A stretch of 63,507 nucleotides of DNA, counting the filler, from Pelomyxa schiedti (lineage: Eukaryota; Protista; Evosea), in the NCBI GenBank assembly GCA_020536535.1. It is 13 parts of 13 records of this genome, joined end to end, with 100 filler letters (N's around TTAATTAATTAA, not from the genome) between each part and the next. Parts side by side here need not be neighbours in the genome. Positions count along the whole stretch, not along the records: positions 9,149 to 18,898 come from JAHLWZ010001286.1; positions 18,999 to 21,516 come from JAHLWZ010000128.1; positions 21,617 to 23,181 come from JAHLWZ010002416.1; positions 23,282 to 31,898 come from JAHLWZ010000314.1; 9 more parts are not named here. One strand, given 5' to 3'. This document shows, piece by piece, positions 12,901 through 25,684 of the stretch. Each line of letters starts with the position of its first letter. The first letter of the stretch is position 1. The translations under genes were made by a program, and so were the position numbers. The notes below the pieces were generated by a model. It did no database searches. It saw only the letters and a list, made by a program, of their open reading frames with translations, and was not told the DNA's origin.

Positions 12901-13309
12901 TGCCATAGAGTCGGCAGGTGTAGTTGATGCCGATACCGCGGCCTGGAAATCATTTACAGCAGAGTATAAGCCCAGGTTTTCAAGACATTGCCTTTTCTTC
13001 AAATGCTCAGTGAAAGCTGCCCTATAATCCGGTTCGTCTAGTACCTTAGAAGTTTAAAAAGTGGCAATAAAAATTAAAATCATAAAAGCTGTCCCTTGAG
13101 ACAAGATATCCGAGAAATTAATTATTATCTACCTGGAGGAGTGTGAGACGTTGTTCAGGCATTCCCAGAGAGTCTTCCAACGAAGTCCCACTCACACGCA
13201 ACGCCGACGGGACTGTACTTATGGGTTCGGAGCCATTTGCAGGTGCAGCTGCGGATCTGCTCGTGCTCTGGTTTGTTTTGGCCGTAGGTCTCCACCACCG
13301 CTTCACCAT
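10000..13309 (-). CDS. RGS-domain protein with four LIM domains and a proline-rich linker
   Basis: RGS: FTEHLKKRQCLENLGLY..IYNTYV..QVNLP..FDKAQ..DAMPAFLTS. LIM: CRAC..HYSCFSCVHC..CPTC; CLMC..HTQCFACVEC; CPVC..HPHCHTCNIC..CKTC; CVAC..HKSCFICALC..CQGC. Confidence 0.85.
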
Positions 13310-13462
13310 TTTTTGATTTCGAAAGATCTTTGCCAAAACCGATTTTCCAAGAATGCGAATTCCTCCATTCCGGGGGCCTCTTGCAGTTTCCGAGAGGAGG
13401 GAAAAAAAACCAAAGGCAGTGTGCTTCTTTGAGTCATGTATCACATACACTATCACCAATGG

Positions 13463-14354
13463 TACCTGCGGCCTGCTGCATCATCCCGTTCTGGGGTTGG
13501 GTAGCTGTCTGGGATCAACGGAACTGCAGCACCACTACTGTACTAAAGTAATGTGAGTTGCACAATCAGAAGAAGGCGTGGCAATGCATACATTTAAAAC
13601 GCATTAGACATACAATCTATGCCCAATTTTCCTGGCTAAATCCCTGTCCGATTCTTTCGCAACCTGTAGAACCAGGTGAACTCGTAACCTCTTCATAGTT
13701 AGAAAGGCATACCCAATAGTGCACGGCCGCTATAGTCACAGAGCTTGGATGTAGAACCAAACTACTCTTTGATCTGGGTTGTAGTTGTAGAGCTTACAAT
13801 GTTTGACTTCACTCCTCACTGTGTCATCATGGCCTATGGTCATCACACAGGTAGCAAATGGTGGGAGAGCAGGCAGAAAGTAATTTTCAACCGAATAATG
13901 AACCATCAATGTACAGTCCCTGGGATCTTGACCCCAAAGTTGTGGGTGAATGCTTTTTTTGGTGTCTGGTAGAGCTGTAAATTGTTCATGAGGATGTTGA
14001 AGACTGCTTGATCAGAAACGGTACTCATACTCTGTGGAATCTCAATGGAAATAGTGGCACTGGCATCCCAAAGCGTATGTAACGTGACTGCTCCGCCCGT
14101 GTGTGAATTCCCATAATTCGGTCGCACTCGGCCTGGGAGAAGGCCTCGGCACAGAGCCAGGTGCCGAGCCAAAAGAAGAATTTCTGAGGAAGAGGCGGAG
14201 TTGGTTGCCGCGTCGTTTTCACGTGCGTGTTGGCATGTTCTTCTTCTACCCACTCACACACTGTTTTCGGCATGCCGTCCGTGACCACGAAATGAAACTG
14301 GGGACCAACTTGTGGTTCTGGGGTAACACGCGAGGTCCCGGTGCCACAAACCAA
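13463..14354 (-). CDS. Hypothetical multi-exon protein
   Basis: Consecutive minus-strand open segments (14025-14354, 13906-14010, about 13650-13880) joined by plausible short introns. No recognisable domain. Confidence 0.3.
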
Positions 14355-14528
14355 AAGCTAGCTGTGATGGATTTCAAGGAATGTCGGTACGAAAACCCCC
14401 TTTCATCGTTTCCCTGGGGTTTCGATTTCCTTTGGCTGAATGAGACAGGAAGCTCTTATCTTCTCACCCAGTGAGAAAGTTGTTGGTTCCTAGTCTCCCC
14501 AGTCCCTGAGAGATCTGGAAGAAACCGA

Positions 14529-16355
14529 ATGTCGGGGTCCACTGTAGACTTGGAGGTGCAGGAGTGGGCAGTGTCATCTGGTGTTGTGTGTGACTGCATG
14601 ACTCCTTGCATTTTTGACAATGGCGTGAGAGGGTTTGTGGTTTCGTTTTTTTTTTCTTGCATTTTTGTCCCTCTTTTTCCTTATAATCGAGAACAGGATG
14701 ATTGCCACGAAGAATATTGCAGTTTGTAGCGTCGCTGTGGCCCGTGTTCATTTTCACTAAACCGAGCAAATTTGAAAAGGCAAAATCTGTTTTGGTGCGA
14801 GTTCCAGAGGCACTTCTTCTCTCTGCGACATCTGTGCTCACTTGCTCCGATCTGAGCGAGCTTTGGCATTCTTGTGCTTCGACACTCAATGTATTTCAAC
14901 TGCTAGTGGAAAAATACCTAACAGAGAAAAAAAAAGATCAACCAGCTTCTTAGTGCGTTCCTTATCTATCAAAAGCATTTGGGTGCCAGGTCACAATGGA
15001 ACATCTACTTGAGTAATTGATATATTTGTGCCTCGTTGTTCGTTAAGCGTATTAGGAAGTCTGCCACAGTCATTTAATACTAGGATTGACTTTTCTGAAG
15101 CTGACCAATCTCTATTTCCCACTCAATTTCAGTGTATGTCCTGAGTGTTTGTTTGTTTGTTTGTTTATTTTTTTGTTGCTTAGTTATTTGTTGTTTAACC
15201 ACTAATTTGGATCAGGTCAATTATCTGAATTCCGTGAAACGATGATGAAAGACTACACACAACTCTCCAAGATTTTGGAAGTAATTTATTGTAATTTTTT
15301 TCAATGTTTAACTATCAATCCAGGGGCATGCCACCACCTTCACGGTGTCATTGGAAGAATATAAATGGGCTCTAAATGTGGTACAAACAAGATCATGCCA
15401 CTTTAGGTCGGTGATAAAATCAAAATCCGATGATTGTTGCATTGTTCCGTTTGCCGATTTCCTCAACCATTCCGATTCTGTACAGGTTTGCTGGTTATCT
15501 TTCATTGCATTGTACACCTCACTTTTGGGAAGACAGAAGGTGGTTTTAATGAAAAGACTGGATATTACGAGATTACGACAGTGACCTCATTCAAAGCTGG
15601 AGAACAAGCAAGTACACTTCTCTGACAGGAATCATCTTATGGCAATTACATTATCCAAGGTTTTTATCAGCTATGGGGGACATGATAACCGAACACTTAT
15701 ATCCCTCTACGGTTTTTTACTTCCAAAGAATGCACATGACAAGGTTTGTTAGAACAGTTGTGACCACAACAAACTCAGATGTATGCAGGTATGCTTGGAT
15801 GATGGAATATCCCAAAATACCCTAAGATTCTATGCTGAACCACGAAAAAGGAGAATTCTCAGGGATTTTTTTGGAATCAAAGAATGTAAGGTTATTTTTT
15901 TGTAATTTGCTTTTACTCCAGCAATAATATAGTAATTCTTCTTGGTGCTTTCCTAGGACTAACCACGGACAGTGCGTGGATTTTTTGTTTATGCAGGTGG
16001 CTCCATTCCATGGCTCGTACACTCGTATCTTCACGTAATACATATGAGCAAAGCAGAGCTGGACAGAAACGCGCACCTTTCTCTCCTAGAGAAGGACTTC
16101 GACACTCCCACAGAAACCACTCATCAGTCAGAAGAACAGTCCTATAGCATCAACGCCAGCAAATCACTCAGGGCTGTACTGCTTACTACCCTGAGGCAGC
16201 TCAACACATTCAAAGAAAACGCCCAAAGAGCACTTTGCACTACCTCCACAACCACAGGCGGCAACGGGGTGCACAGCTGGGCAGCTGACCTTGCATTCAC
16301 TTTAGCAAATGAAGAGTGTGCAATTGTGGAGGCTGCCTTGGGTACCTTACATTGA
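14529..16355 (+). CDS. SET-domain protein methyltransferase (SETD4/Rubisco-LSMT-like)
   Basis: GVRG|MIATKNI, VRVPEALLL, YKWALNVVQTRS, IVPFADFLNHS, GEQ|VFISYG..N..L..LYGF over about 10 exons. Confidence 0.85.
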
Positions 16356-16632
16356 CAACAACCTCAACAACAAAGGGGAAAAAAAAACAACGCCTTTTTC
16401 AGCTCTTCTTTTGGTGCCAAAACAAAACAGAACGGCGGGCCAGATCTCCGAGGGAAGAGTCTCCGCATGAACCATGATGGTGCGTGCAGGAACTACTACC
16501 AACGCAGATCTATTCCTCGCTCTACGACACTCGGTTACTAGTGGGAATATCTTTGTATTCACAGCAGTAGAAACTTCATTATGGTTTCCGCCACTGAATT
16601 TGGAAAGGGGAGTCGGTTCCACCAGTAGGAAA

Positions 16633-18460
16633 TCATGCAATGTAAGTAACTGTGGACATCAAAGCCAAACGCACTAAGGCTTCTGCTTGTGCATCCAATG
16701 AGCCATCAATGGGGTGCGAATCAGCCTCTCTCTGGTATCCAGACAAGAAACCTTTGACCAGTGTATCTCTGATGTGTGTTAGTGTGACAGAATTCTATAA
16801 AATGGGAACTTACCGGAGGCACCATTTCAAAGTTTGGAAGTCGCCAGCAAGAGTGGTGTGATGAATAAGGCCTGTGTTTATCAGTGGATCTCCGGCTAAG
16901 CCTAGGGCCATGGCATTGGTCTCTATTAACAGGGTCTCCTGGAAATGTTGCATCCCTGATTCTCGTTATTGTGTTAGTGAATAGAAAACTGGTCACCTTT
17001 TAGCCAACTTTTCCCTGTGAAAGCCATGTCAAAGTCTAGGGGACCAAGAAACATTCCACACGGCTCACGCTGTAAGGTAATTAACAGAAAGGCTTTGATG
17101 AAAGTAAGAAGACATTATACAAAGCAGCAAGGTTATTTGGATGGGCATTGCAGTGGAAACCCAGCAGGTCGGAATAAGTACCCCAACTGATTTCATTATC
17201 ATGTAATGCACGAAGTATGTGACCTACTTCTCGCCCAAGCCTGGTTATAGCAAAATGAGAGAGGAAAAAAAGAGAAGTTTGTATACCTCCAATACAGGTA
17301 TGTGAGGGCCGTTGTTGGCCCGGTAGGGAGCTTGGCATTGCACTCTGCCCACAAGGTTTGCCATTTAGTATTTACTGTTATCTGAGTTACTAATCGTTTG
17401 AGGTTTGGAGACTACATGTCGCCGGGAAAGGAACAGCATGAAGTGATAGTGGCTTTGTGGTGAAGTCACGCAACTGATCCTGGGCAGCAAGAGTCGGCGT
17501 TTCTGTGGGTTCCACTTCACCACCATTAATTCTCTCAGGTGGGAACATTTCTTTGAATGGAGCTATGTCCAAATTCTCAATCTATTGAGCGGATAAGCAC
17601 TATTCTAGAACAGAGTGGAAAATCAGAGAGCATCAATCAAACCAAATTAGGAATGATATTTTCAAGCCCATTTAGTATGTGATCAGAGAGGCGCTTCTCG
17701 CCCTTTGTCACATACAATGCACACATTTTCTTTATCTTAGGGAACTGGAACCCACTAGAATCGTATTCAAACCATCCTAACAAGTACCACAACAAGTCAG
17801 GTATGGGGATAAACAACCAAAAACAAAAAAAAAAGAAGGCACACCAATTGGATAATTCACAGAGGAGAAGCCAGTCCTTGCACCAACAGAAGCCACCAAA
17901 GAGGTCAAATACTGCTCCCTCATGCAAGTCTGCTCAAAAGTACAACCCCTGACCTGCACATAAGCAGTGTTGTCCACCCCAATTACAGGGAACCCCAGGT
18001 ACAAGTCCCCACAACCCTTTAGCCTAAACCACTCCATTTTCCCACCACCACCACCACCACTCCCCTGCGCCGCCACGTCATCAGCCAATCGGAAATTTGC
18101 AATTGCAGACCGGCGCCCCGACTGCCTGGCGGCGACGTCGCCGTCCTCGGCCTTGAGCAGGGGCGCGGCCAGCGTGGGGCACATCGCCACGGGGCCGCCG
18201 GGGGACACGGCCAGCGGGCGGGTGGGCAGCGCCGGGGCTATCACGGACTCGTACCCGGGCCCCAGGTGCTTCAGCGGCCCGTCGTTGTAGGAGGCGCCGG
18301 GCGTGGCTGATGACGACGAAGAAGTGGTGGTTGTGGTTGTTGTTGTATCGTCGCCAAAGTCCTCTCGAATGGTAACCCCTGGCTTGTACTCGAAGGAGTG
18401 CCCTGGTACCCTCTTCATACGCACCTCGCACGAGCCGAAGTACAACTCCTCGAGAGACAT
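16633..18460 (-). CDS. Atypical kinase-fold protein, SelO-like pseudokinase
   Basis: SGRRSA, WFRLKGCG, VRGC, GHILRALHDNEISW, HCNAHPNN and PLDFD motifs in kinase-like order. Multi-exon. Confidence 0.65.
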
Positions 18461-18998
18461 TTTTTCTTTTTCAGGGAAGGATCAAATTCCAACTCAAGGA
18501 AGCTCTAACGGTGTACAGGTCGGTGTTATAATCTCTCTCCAACTGGCAAAACTTAGTAAGGAACCTCAACACCCCAGGCACCCCCTCAATCCATAACCAA
18601 GCCCTCTTGGTTGTAACCAACATGAAACCCCTGAACAATTGCATGGCCCATGTATGCAATACAGGAAGAAACTAGGCCCAATTCCAATGCTGACCCCTGA
18701 TGATGTAGAGGCAGCGATCCTTTCATGTAAATCCAAATCAACAAAAATAGAGGAAGCACCTCTCCCCCCCCCCCCACCCCACCAAAAGGGGATCGATGTG
18801 GGTCATTCTGTGGCTCGTGCTCTGTCAATGTGCGTCGATGTCGATTTGGTGAGGCCGTCGCTCCTTGTCGATGTCGATTTGGTGAGGCCGTCGCTCCTNN
18901 NNNNNNNNNNNNNNNNNNNNNNNNNNNNNNNNNNNNNNNNNNTTAATTAATTAANNNNNNNNNNNNNNNNNNNNNNNNNNNNNNNNNNNNNNNNNNNN

Positions 18999-19373
18999 CA
19001 ACAAACCCTTTTCGAACAAGCTATCGCATACGTTTTGTTTAATCAAGTGAGGGTGCCTTTGCAGATAGTCTCGGCACTCCTCGTAGCCATCACAATCAAC
19101 AAATCCGGCAACCTGAGGCGGTGTTGTCACGTCAATTGAATGCGAAGAGCGCGTTCCACACACTAATCGCGTAATATGTAGTGTAGTGTTTTTTATTTTC
19201 TAGAGAGAGTGTCGAAAAAAAGACGATGCGTAGCCATTCACACACAACACCAACAGGAATGACCAATTTGACCACGCAGCAACGATCTAAGAATCGTCTA
19301 CCTCGTCCACCGTCCTCTCGTCCAACGAATCTGACGCTAACGTCGATCCTCCCGTCGGCATCGTCGCTGCCAT
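18999..19373 (-). CDS. 5' fragment of a Cdc37 middle-domain-like protein
   Basis: MAATMPTGG...ERTVDE, intron at about 19114-19301, then VAGFVDCDGYEECRDYLQRHPHLIKQNVCDSLFEKGL, which resembles the Cdc37 Hsp90-binding helices. Truncated by the contig end. Confidence 0.4.
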
Positions 19374-19581
19374 CGAAGTACTTTGTTGGTGTTTTTTCTT
19401 TTGCCGAATGCCGGGCTGATCAAAGCCCTACCCAGTGGAACCTTCTTGCTCAAACCAACAACATTGAGTATTCGGTATTGTGGGTGTGTTGAGGTGGTGC
19501 TGTTCTTCCTTAGTCAGCAGAGTTTACTGACACTGTGAATAGGGCGGATTTGTCTAAGTTGTTGGATTTTGTTGTTGTAGC

Positions 19582-21516
19582 CTATGCCAAGTAGTCATAC
19601 ATATTGGGGTTACTTGGGTCTCTTTCTAGCTGTTGTTGTGTGCCCATGTGAGTATGCTTGTTTGTTTATTTCGCATGTGCGTGGGATTATCGCGGTAATT
19701 TGTAGTAGTGTTAGTGTGGTTGTGGTACATACATAATCCCGTTCAATGAGTGACTCGATTCGCTTTTTGAGGTCTCCCGTCTGGTGTACAGGTTAGATGG
19801 AAATTGGAATTCTGAAGAAAGATACATCAACGGGGAAGCTCAGTTGCTTGTAGAGTTCACTGATTAGCTGTGTGTGTGATAGTTGCTTTCTGGTCTTCAT
19901 GATGCGGACTATGGCCGCATCTATTTGGTACTGCCGGTCATGAAAAACACTCTCCTTTGTTTTAGAATTCTCCTCCACCTTCGAGCGACTCCTTTTCCAG
20001 ATCAGTAAAGCCACTTCTTCCCGTGGGCGAAAAGAAATACATGTCACAGATGAGGCCACTGGTGCACACGTCATCACCCTCGAGCTGTTTCGTTCTCTTG
20101 ACAGTATCACATCCCACTTTTCTTTCTCTCTCCTCTCCGACTCCTCAACACTTTAGAAAAACAGAATTTTTTAGTGAGCAAGGCAGGGTGAAGCGGCCCG
20201 ATTTTGCCGGGATTTGTTGATGTTTTGTGCCGCGGGGCGGTTGCCGCGGCGCTGCGGCGGCAGCGCGGCTCGTGTGTGTTCGTTGAATCGGGTCTCGCCG
20301 CGGTTGTGCGGCCTTGAGATAAATGGGTTTTGGCGATTGTTCAGTGGTTTGTGTCTTTTCATTATCACAAAAGAAATCGACGAGGGGAGGCCATGCCGCC
20401 CTGGGGTGAGGAGGAGCAAGCGGTACTCTCCCATTTGCTTTTTGTTGTCTTCTTCGCCACAACTGTTCTNNNNNNNNNNNNNNNNNNNNNNNNNNNNNNN
20501 NNNNNNNNNNNNNNNNNNNNNNNNNNNNNNNNNNNNNNNNNNNNNNNNNNNNNNNNNNNNNNNNNNNNNTCTGAATTGAATTGATTTTCACTCGCACCAT
20601 TTTCGATTTGAAGTCTGCGTTGTATGTGTATATTTCCTCTTTTCCCAGTACTTTACTCTATTTGGAACAGTGAGCTAGTGTTGACGAGTTAGGGAACTGA
20701 CTTACGTTGCAAAAAAGGAGTTTGGCTGACACAAGTGACTGCATTGTCTTCTTAAGTTCTTCTTCCTCTTTGTTATGAAAAGAAGGGCCTTAGACACAAG
20801 AAAGGGAGCCAGAAGAATACCAAGTGAAGTTGAGGAAGATATTTCCGGGTATGACAACTTATCGGCTGTATTGAATAGTAACAGAACCACTGACTGGAAC
20901 ATAGAAACAATCAAATCTCTCCGGGCCTGCTGAGCTTAGACAAGGGGAAAAGGGTATAAATGTACCTTGTAATTGGCTTTCAGTAAAGCAGAACCCATGC
21001 TGTTACAAAATTGCAGTTTTCTGCTGCTGAACTTATTCAAATAAAAGGCCTTGAAATGCTCTTGCAATTCGGATATCTGAAAAAACGTCGGTATCAATCC
21101 AACTGTGGTTGTTTTACAAGGGTCGTACCGCACTTGGTAAAGTGATCTCATACGATGGGGTTGCAGGCCAGAAAGCCTGGGTGAGAACAAATACGTTAAG
21201 GTCCACCCCAGGACATATCCACTACAGGTGTTAGAATATTGAATTGAAGCTTGGTTGTTCACAACCTTAGCATGTTCATCACTACAAGTCTTTTTATATT
21301 GCCCAAGGAGGTCATTTGACAGGTCAATGTCTTTGAACATGCCTTCCAATTTACAAGTAAAACTGCTACCGCACTCTAGTTGCAGTTAAACGAAGCAAAC
21401 AAAAGGAGGAAGTAGTAGTCTACCCGCTTTCAACTTGGAAATGACCATCTTCTCACAATCCATATCAGCAGACTTGGAGATTAATAACCGTTTTGCAAGA
21501 TGTGTCTTGTAGAACG
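19582..21516 (-). CDS. CUL4: Cullin-4, C-terminal part (cullin homology and neddylation domains), interrupted by a gap and foreign sequence
   Basis: [85 protein letters not shown]. Confidence 0.9.
19990..20156 (+). repeat. 3' fragment of an HPRCG-family gene inside the CUL4 locus
   Basis: Near-identical to 39071-39238 ([32 protein letters not shown]...). Confidence 0.85.
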
Positions 21517-21616
21517 NNNNNNNNNNNNNNNNNNNNNNNNNNNNNNNNNNNNNNNNNNNNTTAATTAATTAANNNNNNNNNNNNNNNNNNNNNNNNNNNN
21601 NNNNNNNNNNNNNNNN

Positions 21617-22565
21617 GCCCCCCTCGTCTTCCTCCTCGACACGAACTGTGGTGCATGTTTTCTCGCAATAGTTCTGATCCTTTCCTGTTCTTCATACTCA
21701 GCATTATAGTCCATTACACCATCCTTTGGTACAATGCGCGGTCCATCCACTCTGGTCACCATGGAAGGCGTGATTCCAGATGGAATTGGCTCCTTTTGCG
21801 CTGTTTCAGCAGCTGCAATCTCTTTGGCTCCACTTCCTGGAGAGAGATGTGAGTTGTGTAATCACAGATACAGTGCCGGCAACCTTCAGAACCAGACAAA
21901 CCAGGCGCGGCAGCAGAGGAGCTCTTATCATCCTCAACAACAACCGGGAGGATGCGGTCAACAACGATACTATTATCCCGCAATGGCTCTGGTTGTATCT
22001 GCTGTGGCGTCACAACATCACCGCCGCCAGCTGTGGCAGCAGTAGTAGTACTATCAGTATCACCACCACTCGCACGACGGGGGCTCGGGCTCGGGCTCGG
22101 CTCTGGGCTCTCCTCCCCAGGAAGTGGTATGCGGCGCACGCTGGTACGACCCAACAGGCGGGGGCTGGGCGTAGGGCTGGATGAGACGCCCGGGCCAAGT
22201 GGGCCCACAGCGGGAGCAGGAGGGGGAGGCGCAGGGATCAGGCTGGGAGGGGGAGGGGGAGGCGGAGGCGGAGGGGTAAATTCCAACGACGTGGGAGGAT
22301 GGGCGAGGACGCGGAGGCCGCCGCGGGCCCGGCGGAGGTGCGCCAGGCGGCCCCGCAGCGCCTGCATGTCGTCGAACGCGAACGAGCCGGGCTCCTGCTC
22401 CTGGTCCTGCTCCGTGGCGGCTGCGGACGACGACGCAGTGGGGGGGCTGCGGGGAGTGGTGTCGGCTGCGACGTACGAGGCGATGGCGACGATGACGCTG
22501 TCGGGGAGGTCCACGAGCCCCGGCCCCGGGCCTGGCCGGCAGACGTCACCACATTCGTTGTCCAT
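21617..22565 (-). CDS. F-box-like protein, 5' part
   Basis: N-terminal LVDLPDSVIVAIASYV followed by a Pro-rich region. Runs into the contig end. Confidence 0.55.
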
Positions 22566-22642
22566 TAGAATTGTTTCTTGGAATTCAAAAGTGGCACGTC
22601 GACAGCACAAGCGCTTGTTTGGCGAGAAGCTGGTAACGTGGC

Positions 22643-23181
22643 TCAAAAGTCGTACTTATTGCAAGACAATACCCACTTGTTCCTGTTCCACCTGTGCGTT
22701 TTTGGGTGTACAATGGAAAACAAGTCACAACGAGAGAGAAAGAAACAACACACTTGGAATCCAGAACTTTCACCAAAGGGTGTGTCATGTCATGCTCGTT
22801 TCGCTGTGAATCATGGGGTAAGTGACCAAGAATTTTCTCTTGAGAATTTACACACAGCTCCCCAGAGACTACGGCAACAGAATTCACGGCTCCTCTCACA
22901 AGCCTCACACAAGTCATAGTTACTGCACACCTTTTTGCGTTTGTTACTTTCACGATCAAAGTGGAGTGCACACACACCAAGCACTTCCAGTTGATTCCAG
23001 TGCACTCCCCAAGGCATTTGGAACCTTTCCCATCACATGAGGCACTCCGGGGATTGTTTCCGCGTTGTTCTGCATCATACAGTTCATTGTCAGGAACAAC
23101 AACCTCCCAGAATTTGGAGTGTTCGTGTTCCACCGATCCCGCTTCGTGACAGCCGGGACATATTTTGTAATTGTCGCATTC
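22643..23181 (-). CDS. Tandem ZZ-type zinc finger protein, 3' part
   Basis: ECDNYKICPGC..HEH, then SCDG..C...WKCL|VCSNYDLCEAC...HDMTHPLVKV. Confidence 0.7.
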
Positions 23182-23522
23182 NNNNNNNNNNNNNNNNNNN
23201 NNNNNNNNNNNNNNNNNNNNNNNNNTTAATTAATTAANNNNNNNNNNNNNNNNNNNNNNNNNNNNNNNNNNNNNNNNNNNNACTGTTTTGACCGCAGATT
23301 GTGCTATCTATTATTGTGGATTGTATTGTACACCAAAGAATGATGGATTGCAGACATCATTTTCCAGATTTTGTGAATGCTTTGTTTAAAGGAAATAAAA
23401 AACCCGTATTATTTTCCTTTGTGTGCAAAAGGAGGAAAAGATGTAGTGAGTGCGTTACAAACACCTGGGTAGCGACACTTTGAAAGAGGAAACAAAAACT
23501 GTGCCAGTAGTGTCCCGACTGC

Positions 23523-25519
23523 TCAGCTGGTGTGAAGGTCACTATCAATGGCACTCATTATGTGCTCAAAGAGCATGGCTCGACCCATTCTGGAGAATAT
23601 TTCTTCTGGTTCAGCATCGGAACTTTCTGGACTTTTGGAATTTTCACAAGTGGTGTCCACACCTGTGGGGAGTTCAAGTACTGCAACAGGTTCACGTTCG
23701 TTTGTGCTGAGAGTTTGGGAAGTGGATGGGGAAGTGGGTGAATCCGTTTTTGCTGCCGAACTTTTTGAACTTGTTGTTGTGGTAGGTGTAGTTGGGGCCG
23801 TGATATTGAAATCACTTGTTGTAAGGGAAGTTGTCCTTCTTCTTTTGGTGTGCTTTCCAGGGAAGAGGTCTTTTTTCTTGTTGGATCCACATGATTTATG
23901 GTGTTTGAGTGGAAGGATTCTTTGGTTTGGCGGAGTGGTTTTGGCTGTTATTATTTTTGAATTTTGTTGTGGTGTGGTATGCATTGAACTATCAGTTGGT
24001 GAATTTGATTTTGTTGGTACTAGGCATTTGGCAGATTTCAATGGTGTTACACATGGTGTTGGTTTTGACAAAACACGAAAATTGCCACCACATCTCTCAA
24101 TTATTGCATTGAGACAAGCTCCATCAAACTGGGTTATTGGTACGATGGTAGTAACAGTCTGAGTTGCATTGCATCCAGATAGTTGAGATAGGAAAGATTC
24201 TAATTCAGGAACAGAACAGTGTATGCAATACAACACATGCCATACTCTACCAACTTTGCAAGGCTTGGTGACATATCTGGTAAAGATCAGTGACTATGTT
24301 TTTGAAGGTAAATGTTTGTTTGATTGGATGCTCACTGTTGTGGGCGAATTGAACCACAAAAATGAAACCATTGTGTTGATGCCTTGACAAACAGTGGCCC
24401 TTTACCAGGTGCGGTAGAAACAGCGTTTTGGTCCTCAAGGGATATTCTTTCATCCACCTCCCCTTTCTTACAAATGTGGATCCATGTCTCTGTTTCATTC
24501 TTGGTCAAAATGGCACACAGATCAAGTGTGTCAGATTGTTCAGTGTCAGATTGTTCAGCATCACCAGATTGGTCAGGCGTGTGAGATGACAAAGCGGCAA
24601 ATTGATCATATTTTTTTGCAGAGACATGAATTTTGCAGTGGAACTGGTCGTGCAATGCAAAAAGAAGCTCTTCTATACCAAGAATATCACACTCGAGGTA
24701 TGCATTTGCATAAGTTTCTTTCTAGAATTGGTTTTAAGGTTGTTTTAGAGTGGATTATTGCTACTTCAAGTAGTGCTATTATTTGTGTGATGGCCATTTG
24801 CTTCGGGGGAATGGTCACTGCTTCCCACGATTGTATACAAAATGTTGTATCAAGGAAAATCGTAGTGAAAGGTACTCTACTGACGAGTTCGCTGCACATA
24901 CCACTGGCAAGTCTTGAATGACATATTAGAAAAGATATGTATGGTAATGGTTAATACAAACCGAAAGTCCCCAGTATGAAGAACACGGCCAAAAGGAGCA
25001 CCTTCCAGGAATAACATGCAACTTCCAGGACAGTGGTTTGCTGGGATCAGACATGTTGTGATGTTCACAGTAGTCTCTGTGGGAGATCGAGGCCATGATT
25101 TGGCGGATATTACGCGCTCCTCACCCATTGCAAGGGCCTCGACAATACCTGTATTTTAATTCAACCCAAAAGTGAGTAAAGGAGCCAATAGGGAAATATA
25201 AGCACCAGACAAGTGTGGGAATTTGTGAAGGAGTAGTTTTCGAGTAACTTCAGAGCAATATATTATGCCCCTGCTAAAGGAATCCGAAAGGCCCTTTTCT
25301 ATTTAGAAATAAACATTCAAGCACTTACCACCAATACCACATAGTGATCATAGTGAAAATGGCTCAGAAAAAATACTTCCGCAGTACCTATTCTTGCTGT
25401 TACGCCAAAAAAAAAAAAAAAAAAGACACACCAGGGACAAGAGGGCACACGAAATCGTCTATCCACACAGCAACACCCTCCAACGTTGGGCACCTCCCCC
25501 TCCCTCCTTGGTGTTGCAT
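23523..25519 (-). CDS. SNM1/DCLRE1-family DNA cross-link repair nuclease (metallo-beta-lactamase/beta-CASP)
   Basis: WIDDF, FFLSHFHYDHY, GL, IYCSEVTRKLL, ANHCPGSCM, LHTGDFR, FLDTTF and C-terminal HCS..EL..FL motifs. Confidence 0.88.
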
Positions 25520-25684
25520 TTGTGCGTAACCCGTACCGCCGGAGACCTTGTGAGGAACTCGTGATTATTTTTCCTGAATTTCTTGTTGTGGTTTTAGGAT
25601 TTGTTTTTTTTTTGTGTCGTTCCAATCGTTACATTTGTTTGTTTTTGGTTGGCTTCAGATTTGTTTGGCTGCTAAATGGAGAGA

